NCBI GenBank assembly: GCA_013203045.1
Contig: JABMQN010000014.1
Coordinates: forward strand, 28,373-92,372
DNA length: 64,000 nucleotides
From: Chloroflexota bacterium
Lineage (GTDB): Bacteria > Chloroflexota > Dehalococcoidia > SZUA-161 > SpSt-899
Direction of reading: 5' to 3'
The translations under genes were made by a program, and so were the position numbers. The first letter of the stretch is position 1, and every line of letters starts with the position of its first letter. The notes beneath the pieces were generated by a model. That model did no database searches. It was not told where the DNA came from and worked only from the letters and a program-made list of their open reading frames with translations. Shown in pieces: positions 1 to 8,832 of the stretch.

Positions 1-1107
1 GTTGCCATCCCAGATGTGTGGTGAGGGGGAATACTGAGGGTAGAAAGATTCGTCGCAGAATCGTTGCCCATACTTATTAACCCAGATAGCGTGCGGGTAA
101 CCACCCTCGGCAGACAGCCTCCACAACGGCTTGCCCTCAGCCTCTTCACTGGGGGCGTTGTAACCGAACATTGTTGCCAGTGTCCCGACCGGAATGACGG
201 CAATTTGCGCGCCGATTTCGCATCCGAATGTAAGATGATCGCCTGTGATTTGCGGCGGGCAGGCAGAGTGAACTTCCGGCATCTGTTCGTAATACCTGGT
301 CAGTTCGTCATTCCAGTCATAACCGCCCATAGCCAGTAGAACACCCTTACTTGCCGAGACCCAGAAATCATTACCTTCGCGTTCAGCTAGGACACCGATT
401 ACGGTATCGTTTTCGACTACCAGCTCTTTTACACTTGTATCCAGATAGGCAGGAATTTGACGGTCTATCATGGCGGCCTTAATGAAATAGGCCATCATGC
501 CGGGACCGAAAGTGCGGGAACCTTCTGCCATGCGCTGGCCTAGCAGGGCAAAATCCCATTTGAGCATGGAAGCGCCGCCACCCCACTCGAACATTTCTTC
601 GGCGGTGATGCCGCAGGGCATGTGAGGAGTCAATCGCGAAAGGGGTTCCCATTCTCCTAAATCAGAACCTTTGAATATTTCAGTCTCAAGGTAGCGGCCT
701 TCGGGTAGAGCGCCTTCACAGTGCGGATAGAAGTAGTCAGCGAATTTTGGAATGGTCTTCCATCGGACACCAGCCTTTTCTTCCAGGTACTGGCAAACCT
801 CTGGCGCCATATCCGAATAGAGTTCAGCCAGTTCAGAATCAGCGAATCCGCCGGCCAGAAAATCCAGATATTGTTTGGCTTCCTCGCGCGAATCCGGCAT
901 TCCCTGACGTTTCATTACGTGGTTGTTCGGAACCCATATCTCTCCACCGGAAAGAGCGGCGACTCCTCCCAGCTTGGGAGCCTTTTCCAGTACAATGGCT
1001 TTCATGCCAACATCGTGTGCTGCGATAGCACCCGTAAGCCCTCCGATACCAGAGCCCACAGCGATGAAATCGACTTCAATATCCCATTTATCAGGTTTGT
1101 TTGCCAT
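1..1107 (-). CDS. FAD-dependent 3-ketosteroid dehydrogenase (KstD-like, FAD_binding_2 family); 3' end runs off the window
   Basis: Hand translation gives an open frame from ATG 1107 (SD GAGGAG) to position 1: MANKPDKWDIEVDFIAVGSGIGGLTGAIAA...LEKAPKLGGVAALSGGEIWVPNNH...ADYFYP...GVLLAMGGYDWN...IWVNKYGQRFCDESFY. These are KstD-type motifs. Not in the ORF track because there is no stop in the window. Confidence 0.8.
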   Translation of the reverse strand, partial: MANKPDKWDIEVDFIAVGSGIGGLTGAIAAHDVGMKAIVLEKAPKLGGVAALSGGEIWVPNNHVMKRQGMPDSREEAKQYLDFLAGGFADSELAELYSDMAPEVCQYLEEKAGVRWKTIPKFADYFYPHCEGALPEGRYLETEIFKGSDLGEWEPLSRLTPHMPCGITAEEMFEWGGGASMLKWDFALLGQRMAEGSRTFGPGMMAYFIKAAMIDRQIPAYLDTSVKELVVENDTVIGVLAEREGNDFWVSASKGVLLAMGGYDWNDELTRYYEQMPEVHSACPPQITGDHLTFGCEIGAQIAVIPVGTLATMFGYNAPSEEAEGKPLWRLSAEGGYPHAIWVNKYGQRFCDESFYPQYSPSPHIWDGN

Positions 1108-1152
1108 GTTGTATCTCCTCGATCAGCAGAAGCAAGCTTCTGCACTCCAAAA

Positions 1153-1818
1153 CTAATAGCACATTAAAAGTTCGTTGCTGATGTTGTTTTTCCAGCAACT
1201 TGTAGTCCTGTAAGATGGCCGTCCTTTGCGATGTTCTTCCTTGTTCATAAGTTCACGCAAATGAGCTTCGAGATTGCCACAGCCTGTCTCATGGAATTGC
1301 AGTGGCAGATTCATGAAATCTGCAATGACCTGTGCCTCCTGGCGTAGTTGGGGACTGTCATTTTGAATCAGGTAGACGATTCGAGTGCAGTTATGGAAAT
1401 AGGTTTCCTTGAGTTCAGGATAACGGTCTAATCCAAGTCCCTGTATTACTGCGCGATGAAAGGTTCGTACCAGAAAATCAGTTAGAAAGAAAGTCCCTAT
1501 TTCTTCTTCAAGAAATTGATCGTATTTAGTACCGGCGTACATTTCGTAGCAGTTTCGAGCATTTATACGAAAGATATTGTATTTATCCAATACTTCATCC
1601 AGCTTGCCTCGTGATCCACATTCGCCATAAACCACAACCAATCGATCACACCGCTCCTGGATTCTCTCGATACGTTTTTCAACATCCGGGGCTATACGCA
1701 TAGGAAACATGTGATCTTCCGGTGAAACACCGATTATTTCAGCGTCCCATCCTTGTTTACGGACAATGCCCTTTACTTCTTGTCCCAGCGCGCCACAGGT
1801 GATGAATCCTGTTTTCAT
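1153..1818 (-). CDS. DUF1638 domain protein (accessory to corrinoid methyltransferases)
   Basis: ITCGAL..EV, H..P, VVYGECGS, NCYEMYAG and GTFFLTDFL motifs. Overlaps the upstream gene (ATGA). Confidence 0.75.
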   Translation of the reverse strand: MKTGFITCGALGQEVKGIVRKQGWDAEIIGVSPEDHMFPMRIAPDVEKRIERIQERCDRLVVVYGECGSRGKLDEVLDKYNIFRINARNCYEMYAGTKYDQFLEEEIGTFFLTDFLVRTFHRAVIQGLGLDRYPELKETYFHNCTRIVYLIQNDSPQLRQEAQVIADFMNLPLQFHETGCGNLEAHLRELMNKEEHRKGRPSYRTTSCWKNNISNELLMCY

Positions 1819-2621
1819 TTGCTTTCCAGTTTCCCTGCCCGATAGGCTTTAATATAACTCATGCTCCATTCGTCTTGCCCGATAAGTGTAGATGAAGCTA
1901 GCATAGTTGCCATCAATTCCTGATTACGTACATCCACAAGGAAGGCATCCATTCCTAATGCTGCCTGCATACCCACGAAAGTGCGATTGAGAAGTTTGCG
2001 TAGTGGCATACCATAACTAATGTTACTTGATCCGCAAAATGTGCGAACCTGGGGCAGGCGTTCATGGATAAGTCGGAGCACTTCCAGAGAGACAACCCCG
2101 GCTACATAATCGGCGGCTATTGCCATTACGAGCGGATCTATATATAAGTTTTCCGGTTCAAGTCCGGCAGATGTTGTTCGTTCGAACAGCTTCACGGCAA
2201 TTGAGCATCTTACCTCCGGGTCAGGTGAAATACCTGCCTCATCCATACACATCCCAACCAATCCACATTTATGCTGCACCGCGAGTTGGAGAAGTCCGAT
2301 ATGTCCCTCCGTCATTTCGCCGGTAATGGAATTGATAATGGGATTTGGCCCTTTGTAAACAGCCAGTGCTGCTTCCAGTGCTTCGGGATTGGAACTATCC
2401 AGAACTAGTGGTAGATCCGTCACATCCTGCACTGTCTGTACCATCCAGACCAAGTCTTCAATCTCACTTTGTCCCGGTACCGCGGCATTCACGTCGAGCA
2501 TGTCCGCTCCGCATTCTGTTTGAGTGCGTGCCAGAGATGCGATTTTCTCTACGTCATGCTCGATAACCGCTTGCCGTACCAAGGGGATGGTGGCATTGAG
2601 GGATTCTCCGACTATTATCAT
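1815..2621 (-). CDS. Methyltetrahydrofolate:corrinoid methyltransferase (AcsE/MT2-like, pterin-binding)
   Basis: MIIVGESLNAT, GADMLDVNA, LVLDSSN, INSITG, YIDPLV, SNISYGMP.RKLLNR. Confidence 0.9.
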   Translation of the reverse strand: MIIVGESLNATIPLVRQAVIEHDVEKIASLARTQTECGADMLDVNAAVPGQSEIEDLVWMVQTVQDVTDLPLVLDSSNPEALEAALAVYKGPNPIINSITGEMTEGHIGLLQLAVQHKCGLVGMCMDEAGISPDPEVRCSIAVKLFERTTSAGLEPENLYIDPLVMAIAADYVAGVVSLEVLRLIHERLPQVRTFCGSSNISYGMPLRKLLNRTFVGMQAALGMDAFLVDVRNQELMATMLASSTLIGQDEWSMSYIKAYRAGKLESK

Positions 2622-2652
2622 TGTTTCTTGCTATTGAATTTAGTCGAGTTTG

Positions 2653-2716
2653 ATTTGGAGTGCGGCAGTTTAACTGCCGCTTTGTTTGCGGTAGCTAAGG
2701 CTACCGCACTCCAAAT
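2653..2716. repeat. REP-like palindromic doublet (TTTGGAGTGCGG...CCGCACTCCAAA)
   Basis: Outer 13-bp inverted repeat ATTTGGAGTGCGG/CCGCACTCCAAAT encloses two hairpins, GCGGCAGTTTAACTGCCGC and GCGGTAGCTAAGGCTACCGC. Confidence 0.75.
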
Positions 2717-2717
2717 T

Positions 2718-4058
2718 TCAATAAGGCACGCCACAGGCTGCCAGTTCTTCCTTCGCTTTTTCTAGATGATCAATATACCATTGATGAGGCTGAACCGTCT
2801 CAAGATCGTAAACCTCGGGGAATTTACATGTGTTACCCTTCACCTCCGGGGCATACTTAAGTTGAAGGTCCATTATCTTGTTGATGACTTCAATTGCCTG
2901 TTCTCTTTCCATTCCAGCCATTGCATTCATAACTTCACCAGAGTATCGAGCTTCTATGCCAGTATTACCGGCGATCCAGCAAAAAGACATCCCGCTGGCG
3001 GTGAACAGAGTGGCCATATTTACTGCTTGTATCAAAGTAAATGGCGATTTACACAGGACACCAGAGGCACATCCGCCGATACAGACTTTGATGTTGCGCT
3101 CGGAAGCACGGGCGGCTCCACTATAGGCCCAGTGTGTGGGCTTTGTTGCAGATTTCCCATCCATATGATTGGTGAAGAGACTGCACAGTTGGCCATGAGC
3201 ATAAGTCAACTGTCCGAGCAAATTCGCCGTAAGCCCAACCGCCGTATCAGCAGCGTTTCGACATAGACCGCCAATCATGGACATGGAACTCTGCCAGGGT
3301 TGTATTCCTCGCACCTGGCAAAACTGAGCTAAAACAAGCTGGCTCCAGCTAATTTTCATTTCCGGGATGATATGAACACCAATCTGGGTATTATGCGCTT
3401 CACGAAGACCAGCGGCCATCATAGTCATGATTCCACTAGGGCTGCTCAACGTAGCTAGCAATCCTACATGAAGACCCGGCCTCCCCGCTTTTTCAAGAGC
3501 TTCTTTGATATGTTCCTGTTCCCATAGGCCAACAACGATTTCGCTGGGAGTGCCAGCTTTGGCCTTCATATCACCAAGTTTGGCCAGTCCTGCAGTTATA
3601 CCCATCGCCTTAATAGATTCTTCCTGAGCAAACGACTGAATATAGGGAACATACCATTCTTCCTGAGCTACTCCCCATGAGCCCGCGTAGAGCGTTGGGG
3701 GGCGTTTGTCCGTGCTGGCACGGTATTCGATGGTAACTTCGTCCTTGTCTTTTCCGAAAGTATGCTTGCTGGGGTTGTCACTATATTCTTGGGCAGTTTT
3801 TTCGATTTCCTCTTTGGTGAGCTTGATTACCCGTTCCGTATCAAGGTGATAAATACCTACTTCTGCCAGTAGTTCTACTGCTGCCTGGAAAATAGCATCA
3901 GCGGTAGCGTCATCAACCACAAGTTCGTTTTCGTTATATTCGATATTGTATTTCTTTACCACGTCACGAATCTTCATGGCGAATTCCATATCGAATTCGT
4001 CGCTCTTCATTACCGGCCCGCTCAAAGACCGTTCGTGGATTTCAATTATGGGGAGCAT
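2718..4058 (-). CDS. MtmB-family (monomethylamine methyltransferase fold) corrinoid methyltransferase, pyrrolysine-free
   Basis: ADAIFQAAVELL.EVGIY..DTERVIK, AGTPSE, AGRPGL, TGIEARY.GEV, FPEVYDLETVQP, C-terminal GVPY. No in-frame TAG. Gly199 sits where MtmB has Pyl. Confidence 0.85.
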   Translation of the reverse strand: MLPIIEIHERSLSGPVMKSDEFDMEFAMKIRDVVKKYNIEYNENELVVDDATADAIFQAAVELLAEVGIYHLDTERVIKLTKEEIEKTAQEYSDNPSKHTFGKDKDEVTIEYRASTDKRPPTLYAGSWGVAQEEWYVPYIQSFAQEESIKAMGITAGLAKLGDMKAKAGTPSEIVVGLWEQEHIKEALEKAGRPGLHVGLLATLSSPSGIMTMMAAGLREAHNTQIGVHIIPEMKISWSQLVLAQFCQVRGIQPWQSSMSMIGGLCRNAADTAVGLTANLLGQLTYAHGQLCSLFTNHMDGKSATKPTHWAYSGAARASERNIKVCIGGCASGVLCKSPFTLIQAVNMATLFTASGMSFCWIAGNTGIEARYSGEVMNAMAGMEREQAIEVINKIMDLQLKYAPEVKGNTCKFPEVYDLETVQPHQWYIDHLEKAKEELAACGVPY

Positions 4059-4072
4059 GTTTCCTCCTAAAG

Positions 4073-4708
4073 TTAGTTAATATCCATTAGCCCTTTGCAG
4101 AGTTTCACTGCTTCTACGGCGTTTGGGGCCCAGCCGTCAGCGCCCATGGCTACCGCTTTTTCTTGACTGGTTTCCGTGCCGCCAATTATCACTTTGTATT
4201 TGTCCTTTATACCCATATCGCGCAGGTAATCGATCACCTCATTGCAATTGGGAATCGTAGTTACCAAAAATGCAGAAAGCCCTATGATGTCTGCACTGGT
4301 TTCCTTAGCCTTATCAATAAAAGTCATTGCTGGGACATTTACCCCGATCTTATGGACTTTGAATCCATTTAACTCAAGCTGAGTAGCGACTAGGCTGTAG
4401 CCGATATCGTGAAGGTCACCCTCGACAGCTCCAAGTACGACGGTTCCAGCGCTCGCCGATCCCGTAGCAGGTAAATGCGGTTCTACCAGATCCATGCAGG
4501 CCTGGCTGACCTTGCCGCCCATCATAAGTTCTGCCAGGAAATACTCCTCGGTTTCGAATTTCTTGCCCACTCCCTGCAGTCCGGGAACGATACCGGAATT
4601 GATGATCTCCGGCGGGTCAACGCCCTCATCGAGAGCTTGCTGCACCAGGGATAGAGCTTTATCTTTTTCGAGTTCTTCGACAGCTTGAGAAATTTGATTA
4701 AGATCCAT
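4073..4708 (-). CDS. Cobalamin-binding corrinoid protein (MtmC/MttC-like)
   Basis: B12 cap domain, GDLHDIG (DxHxxG), SAFLVTT, IIGG. Confidence 0.92.
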   Translation of the reverse strand: MDLNQISQAVEELEKDKALSLVQQALDEGVDPPEIINSGIVPGLQGVGKKFETEEYFLAELMMGGKVSQACMDLVEPHLPATGSASAGTVVLGAVEGDLHDIGYSLVATQLELNGFKVHKIGVNVPAMTFIDKAKETSADIIGLSAFLVTTIPNCNEVIDYLRDMGIKDKYKVIIGGTETSQEKAVAMGADGWAPNAVEAVKLCKGLMDIN

Positions 4709-5040
4709 ATTATTCCCCCTTGAATTTGTTTACTGCCTGAATCTCCTAATGGCCGTTATTTACGTTTGAAATGTATTTAATTTTTAATCAACCCCATTAT
4801 ACACATTTCTGTTAAGAAAAGGCAACCCTAAACCTGATTTTAGCACATTACTGGCGCGTCATCATGCCAGGAGCGTATCAAATGATTCATAATAACGCTA
4901 TTATGTGAATCGTATGAACAATGCCGCAAAGGGGAGGTTAATTGGGGATTCAGGTTATCTCAGTCTACTACCAAGATGGCACAGAATACTGTCTTCTCAA
5001 TATTCAATTCTATCATTACGTAATCAGGGGGCAATCGAAT

Positions 5041-5523
5041 CTAATTCTGAAACTGGTTTTCTCCCGTAAAAGTGAAAGAGAATTTCTTTATCTTTAGATA
5101 TACCATTGTCTCGGCGCTTATCAAACCAGCAATCTCACCAAGCTCATTCCTGATGAATTGCGATAAATCCTCTGGCTCTCTGAACATCACTATTGTTATT
5201 ATGTCATACCGTCCAGCAGTGATAATCACAAAAGGAACATTTACGTAGGATGCAAGCTTGTTGGCAACGCTGTCGACCTCGCCAGGCTGAACTTTTATTC
5301 CCATCGTCGCCACTGTCTTGTATCCCTGCGTTTGTGGGTCAGCAACAGCAACGATACTGATAATGCCGTCATCGATAAGAGAATTTAGTTTGCGGCGCGC
5401 TGTAGCTTTGCTGGTACCAATCAACCTGGCAAGTTCGGAATTGGTTTGTCTACCATCGGCCTCAAGCTCTTCGATCAGTTTTATATCTAACGCATCGAGA
5501 TTACGGGATGCACTGTCTTTCAT
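5041..5523 (-). CDS. Lrp/AsnC family transcriptional regulator
   Basis: LD.LD.KLI.EL..DGR.TNSELA..IG.S..TARR, AGRYDI. Confidence 0.92.
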   Translation of the reverse strand: MKDSASRNLDALDIKLIEELEADGRQTNSELARLIGTSKATARRKLNSLIDDGIISIVAVADPQTQGYKTVATMGIKVQPGEVDSVANKLASYVNVPFVIITAGRYDIITIVMFREPEDLSQFIRNELGEIAGLISAETMVYLKIKKFSFTFTGENQFQN

Positions 5524-5643
5524 GATATGCCTACTGAACCCTCATCACACATGTTTATACTTGAACAGTCTAGTTAGTAACACCCGGATTTTCTATTGCT
5601 ATTTACAGGTTAGTTGAAAAGGATATCTGTCAACCCAACTACT

Positions 5644-6132
5644 CTATTCCTGGGGACTAAAGTTAGTACTTGCAAGATACGTAAAGGATGCTTTTGTAAT
5701 CTTCAGGTTGATCATAGTCTCAACGCTCGTCAAACCTTCAATATTGCCCAGTTCTTTTCTGAGGAAATTGGATAAATCCTCTGGCTCACGAAACATCATC
5801 CATGCAATTATGTCATAGCGTCCAGTGCTAATAATCACAAAATGAACATTTTTGTAAGCAGCAAGCTTGTCTACTACAGCATCGACATCTCCAGGACGCA
5901 CATTAATACCCATAGTTGCTACAGTTCTGTACCCGAGAGCAGGTGGACTGGCAACAGCAACTACCTTGATAATACCGTCATCGAGGAGTCTTCGCAGTTT
6001 TCTGCGTGCTGTCGCCTTGCTGGTACCTATCTTTTTAGCGAGATCCGTGTTAGTTTGTCTACCATCAACTTCTAACTCCGTGATTAACATTAGATCCATT
6101 TCGTCGAGATTATCCAGAGTATCAGTCTTCAT
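5644..6132 (-). CDS. Lrp/AsnC family transcriptional regulator (tandem paralogue)
   Basis: Same HTH and TGRYDI motifs. Long stretches are identical to 5041-5523 (GTSKATARRKL, MFREPEDLS). Confidence 0.92.
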   Translation of the reverse strand: MKTDTLDNLDEMDLMLITELEVDGRQTNTDLAKKIGTSKATARRKLRRLLDDGIIKVVAVASPPALGYRTVATMGINVRPGDVDAVVDKLAAYKNVHFVIISTGRYDIIAWMMFREPEDLSNFLRKELGNIEGLTSVETMINLKITKASFTYLASTNFSPQE

Positions 6133-6461
6133 AAAACACTTTCCTCGCTGTTAAAATTTGAAGATTTTGAATCCGTTCGTAGCAATTGTGGTGCCTTATT
6201 GCGCCATAATTGAGCAATCTTCGCACAAAAGGAACACCGGATAATATATGCTACATGATTTATCTACACAGGTCAATGACTTGCTCTGTTCAATTCCCTG
6301 TATGCTCTTTGGTCGCAGCACAGGAACTGGCAAATACCATGTAGATTACTGGGAGGATTGAGGAACAGGTGTTGGAAATAGTTAAGTCCCAAGTCTAGGT
6401 CATACTATTAAGCATACGCAACTTGCAGAGAGATAACGAGAGTTCGTGCTTGCAAATATGT

Positions 6462-7556
6462 CTAACTTCCGCGGAATGAATATGGATGTAGCCGATAAGA
6501 TAGCTTAAATTTCTCGATAAAACCAGCTACTCCTTTTGGTGCCATTTTGATGAACATCATCACACCCAAACCGCCAACTATGTACTTCAATGCAAAGTGT
6601 ATCTGTGCGGCCCATCGAGAAGGCATATGATCAACTGCCCATGGAGCAACGTAGTCCATTACGATGATATCCATCCCATCGAAGAATATCACACCTGAAA
6701 AGACGGCACTGATAGACCCCGTTCCACCTATGACTATCATGCCCATATAAAATATTGAATCCCCGATGTCAAATTGGCTGGCATTTACTCTGAGCTGGAA
6801 ATATGCCCACAACCATCCAGCCACTCCAGCAAAACAGCTGGCAATAAAGAAAGCAAGTAGTTTGCTACGGATCAGGTTTATTCCGGCTACTTCAGCCGCC
6901 AAATCATTATCACGAACGGCTACTAGAATTCTTCCTGTGTTAGATCTCTGAATACCCAGGGTAATATATGTTCCCACAATAACAAAGATCACAGTTAAAA
7001 TATACAGGCTCGTATCTGAACCGAAGTCAAACGGCCCCAGAGTAAGAGGTTCCAGTTGAATTCCAGTGAAACCGCCTGTATAGTCCCACCATGCGTTGTC
7101 CGAACCTTTTGGTCCGGGAAACCGTAGCAACCACAGAATTATATCTTGACTTACCCAGGTTGCGATAGCCAAATAGAATAGTTTCAACCTGACAGTGATG
7201 AGCCCTACGACCAAACCCACTAAACCAGCCGCAAGAGCTGACAATGGCAGACAAAGCCAACCGTTGATATCCCACTGTGATGAAAGTATAGCAACTGTGA
7301 AGGCGCCTATCGCCATAAAGCCCGCTTGCCCTAGAGAGGCCAAACCGCAAAGACCAACCAGTATATGTAATCCAAGCAATACTATGATGTGTATCCCTAT
7401 TATTATAAGCTTGGTTAGCCAGTAAGGAGAAGCTATGTGAGGAACAAGTAAAAAGAAAACTAGGAGAACCACCAGTAGTAAAAACCACTGAGTCGAGGTT
7501 TTGAAAATCTTCAGTTCTGATGCGTATTTGGTACTAAAAACTCCGCCTGGTAACAT
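6462..7556 (-). CDS. Branched-chain amino acid-type ABC transporter permease (LivM-like)
   Basis: GLASLGQAGFMAIGA, RLK.FYLAIAT, TGGFTG, GR.LVAVRDNDLAAEVAGI; multiple TM segments. Confidence 0.88.
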   Translation of the reverse strand: MLPGGVFSTKYASELKIFKTSTQWFLLLVVLLVFFLLVPHIASPYWLTKLIIIGIHIIVLLGLHILVGLCGLASLGQAGFMAIGAFTVAILSSQWDINGWLCLPLSALAAGLVGLVVGLITVRLKLFYLAIATWVSQDIILWLLRFPGPKGSDNAWWDYTGGFTGIQLEPLTLGPFDFGSDTSLYILTVIFVIVGTYITLGIQRSNTGRILVAVRDNDLAAEVAGINLIRSKLLAFFIASCFAGVAGWLWAYFQLRVNASQFDIGDSIFYMGMIVIGGTGSISAVFSGVIFFDGMDIIVMDYVAPWAVDHMPSRWAAQIHFALKYIVGGLGVMMFIKMAPKGVAGFIEKFKLSYRLHPYSFRGS

Positions 7557-7558
7557 GA

Positions 7559-8815
7559 CTAAATCCGCCTTATTCCTTTCAGACCGAATAAACCATGCGG
7601 CCTAACAATAATGATCACTAACAATAGAACATAGGGCATAATAGCTCTGAATTGTGGGATATAGGGATCAATATAAGCCCCCGAAAGCTGCTCTGTCAAC
7701 CCGACAATTAGCGCCGCGAGAAAACATCCGCCAATAGACTCCAAACCTCCCAGGACCATTACCGGGAGAGCACGAAATAGGCCGTAGATACCCATACCAC
7801 CGCTCTCACTGTATACGGCTGTTTTAGTTGCCAGAAGGATACCGCCGATGGCTGCTGTCAGGGCTCCCACAACCCAGGCGATTGCATAAACTCGCTTGAC
7901 ATAGATGCCTAAACTTTGACTCACAACACTGTTCTCAGAAACACATCGCATTGCAAGGCCAGTTTTGGTGAATCTGAAGAAAAGGACAAAAATTACAAAC
8001 AAAAGTGTGCCTGTGATGAAAGCGGATAAGAGATCCCAGGGAAGTCGGTAATTTCCAACTTCGATCGTACCTGAAGGGAATAATTGAGGCATTATTTGTG
8101 ATTTACCCTCAAATACCAGTACACACCCACCGTGGAGGAGCAGGAACCCAAAAAAGACGGCTAACATGAAGGTCATCAAGGGGCTTGCACCAATCATTCC
8201 CCTGAACACTAAACGATCAGTATATAATCCAAAGACCACTGCAGCAAAAGTGAGTATAGTTAGCCCAACAATGCGGAGCCACCAATATGTAAGATGATCG
8301 CCACTTAATTCTCCCCACACAAATATCCCAAACCCTATCGTAGCACAAATCCCAAATGCTACCCCGAACTGTCCAAATTGTCTCCTATTTGTAATTCTAA
8401 TAGCCATAACAGCTACAATCAGCCCCAAAGTAATGAGAACATAGGACTGGTTATCCCCTACTGCTAACAGCCACCAGGCCAGGAAAGTGAGGAACTGCAG
8501 CATTCCGCCCGCAGCCATATTGAGCACTCTGGTAGCCTTATATACCACCACCATACCCAGAGCAATGATGGAGTACATACCTCCCCACATCAGGCCACTC
8601 AAAAGAGCACCCGTAAGCTTGTCCCTTCCATCGCCTGTTAATACTTTAAAAACGCCAGGGACACCACAGTACAGAATTACCAAAACAATAGCAATAACTA
8701 CAGCTATTGCTATTGCCGCGATAAATGCGCTGCTCTTAGCCTTTTCCAGGAGAATGCGTATACTTGCTCCCGGTAGGCCTACTACTTTTCTTATTGCGTA
8801 CTTTTGAGCATCCAT
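7559..8815 (-). CDS. Branched-chain amino acid-type ABC transporter permease (LivH-like, extended)
   Basis: GGMYSIIALGMVVVYKATRVLNMA, TKTGLAMR...SLGI, VLGGLES, RPHGLFG. Extra N-terminal and internal hydrophobic segments. Confidence 0.85.
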   Translation of the reverse strand: MDAQKYAIRKVVGLPGASIRILLEKAKSSAFIAAIAIAVVIAIVLVILYCGVPGVFKVLTGDGRDKLTGALLSGLMWGGMYSIIALGMVVVYKATRVLNMAAGGMLQFLTFLAWWLLAVGDNQSYVLITLGLIVAVMAIRITNRRQFGQFGVAFGICATIGFGIFVWGELSGDHLTYWWLRIVGLTILTFAAVVFGLYTDRLVFRGMIGASPLMTFMLAVFFGFLLLHGGCVLVFEGKSQIMPQLFPSGTIEVGNYRLPWDLLSAFITGTLLFVIFVLFFRFTKTGLAMRCVSENSVVSQSLGIYVKRVYAIAWVVGALTAAIGGILLATKTAVYSESGGMGIYGLFRALPVMVLGGLESIGGCFLAALIVGLTEQLSGAYIDPYIPQFRAIMPYVLLLVIIIVRPHGLFGLKGIRRI

Positions 8816-8832
8816 CTCTGTGCCTACATTAG

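Noticed and set aside
64-1167. Plus-strand ORFs 64-339, 721-1167, 747-1028 and 923-1156, and similar short antisense ORFs throughout the window
   Set aside because: They are shadows of well-supported opposite-strand genes and carry no motifs.
3455-3470. TAG triplet near the MtmB pyrrolysine site (CATGTAGGA on the minus strand)
   Set aside because: It is out of frame (GTA GGA). The ORF is uninterrupted, so there is no Pyl recoding.
6133-6461. Cobalamin riboswitch or ncRNA in the intergenic regions of the corrinoid cluster (also 4709-5040 and 10063-10577)
   Set aside because: I found no recognisable B12-box or other conserved riboswitch core by eye. A covariance-model search would be needed.
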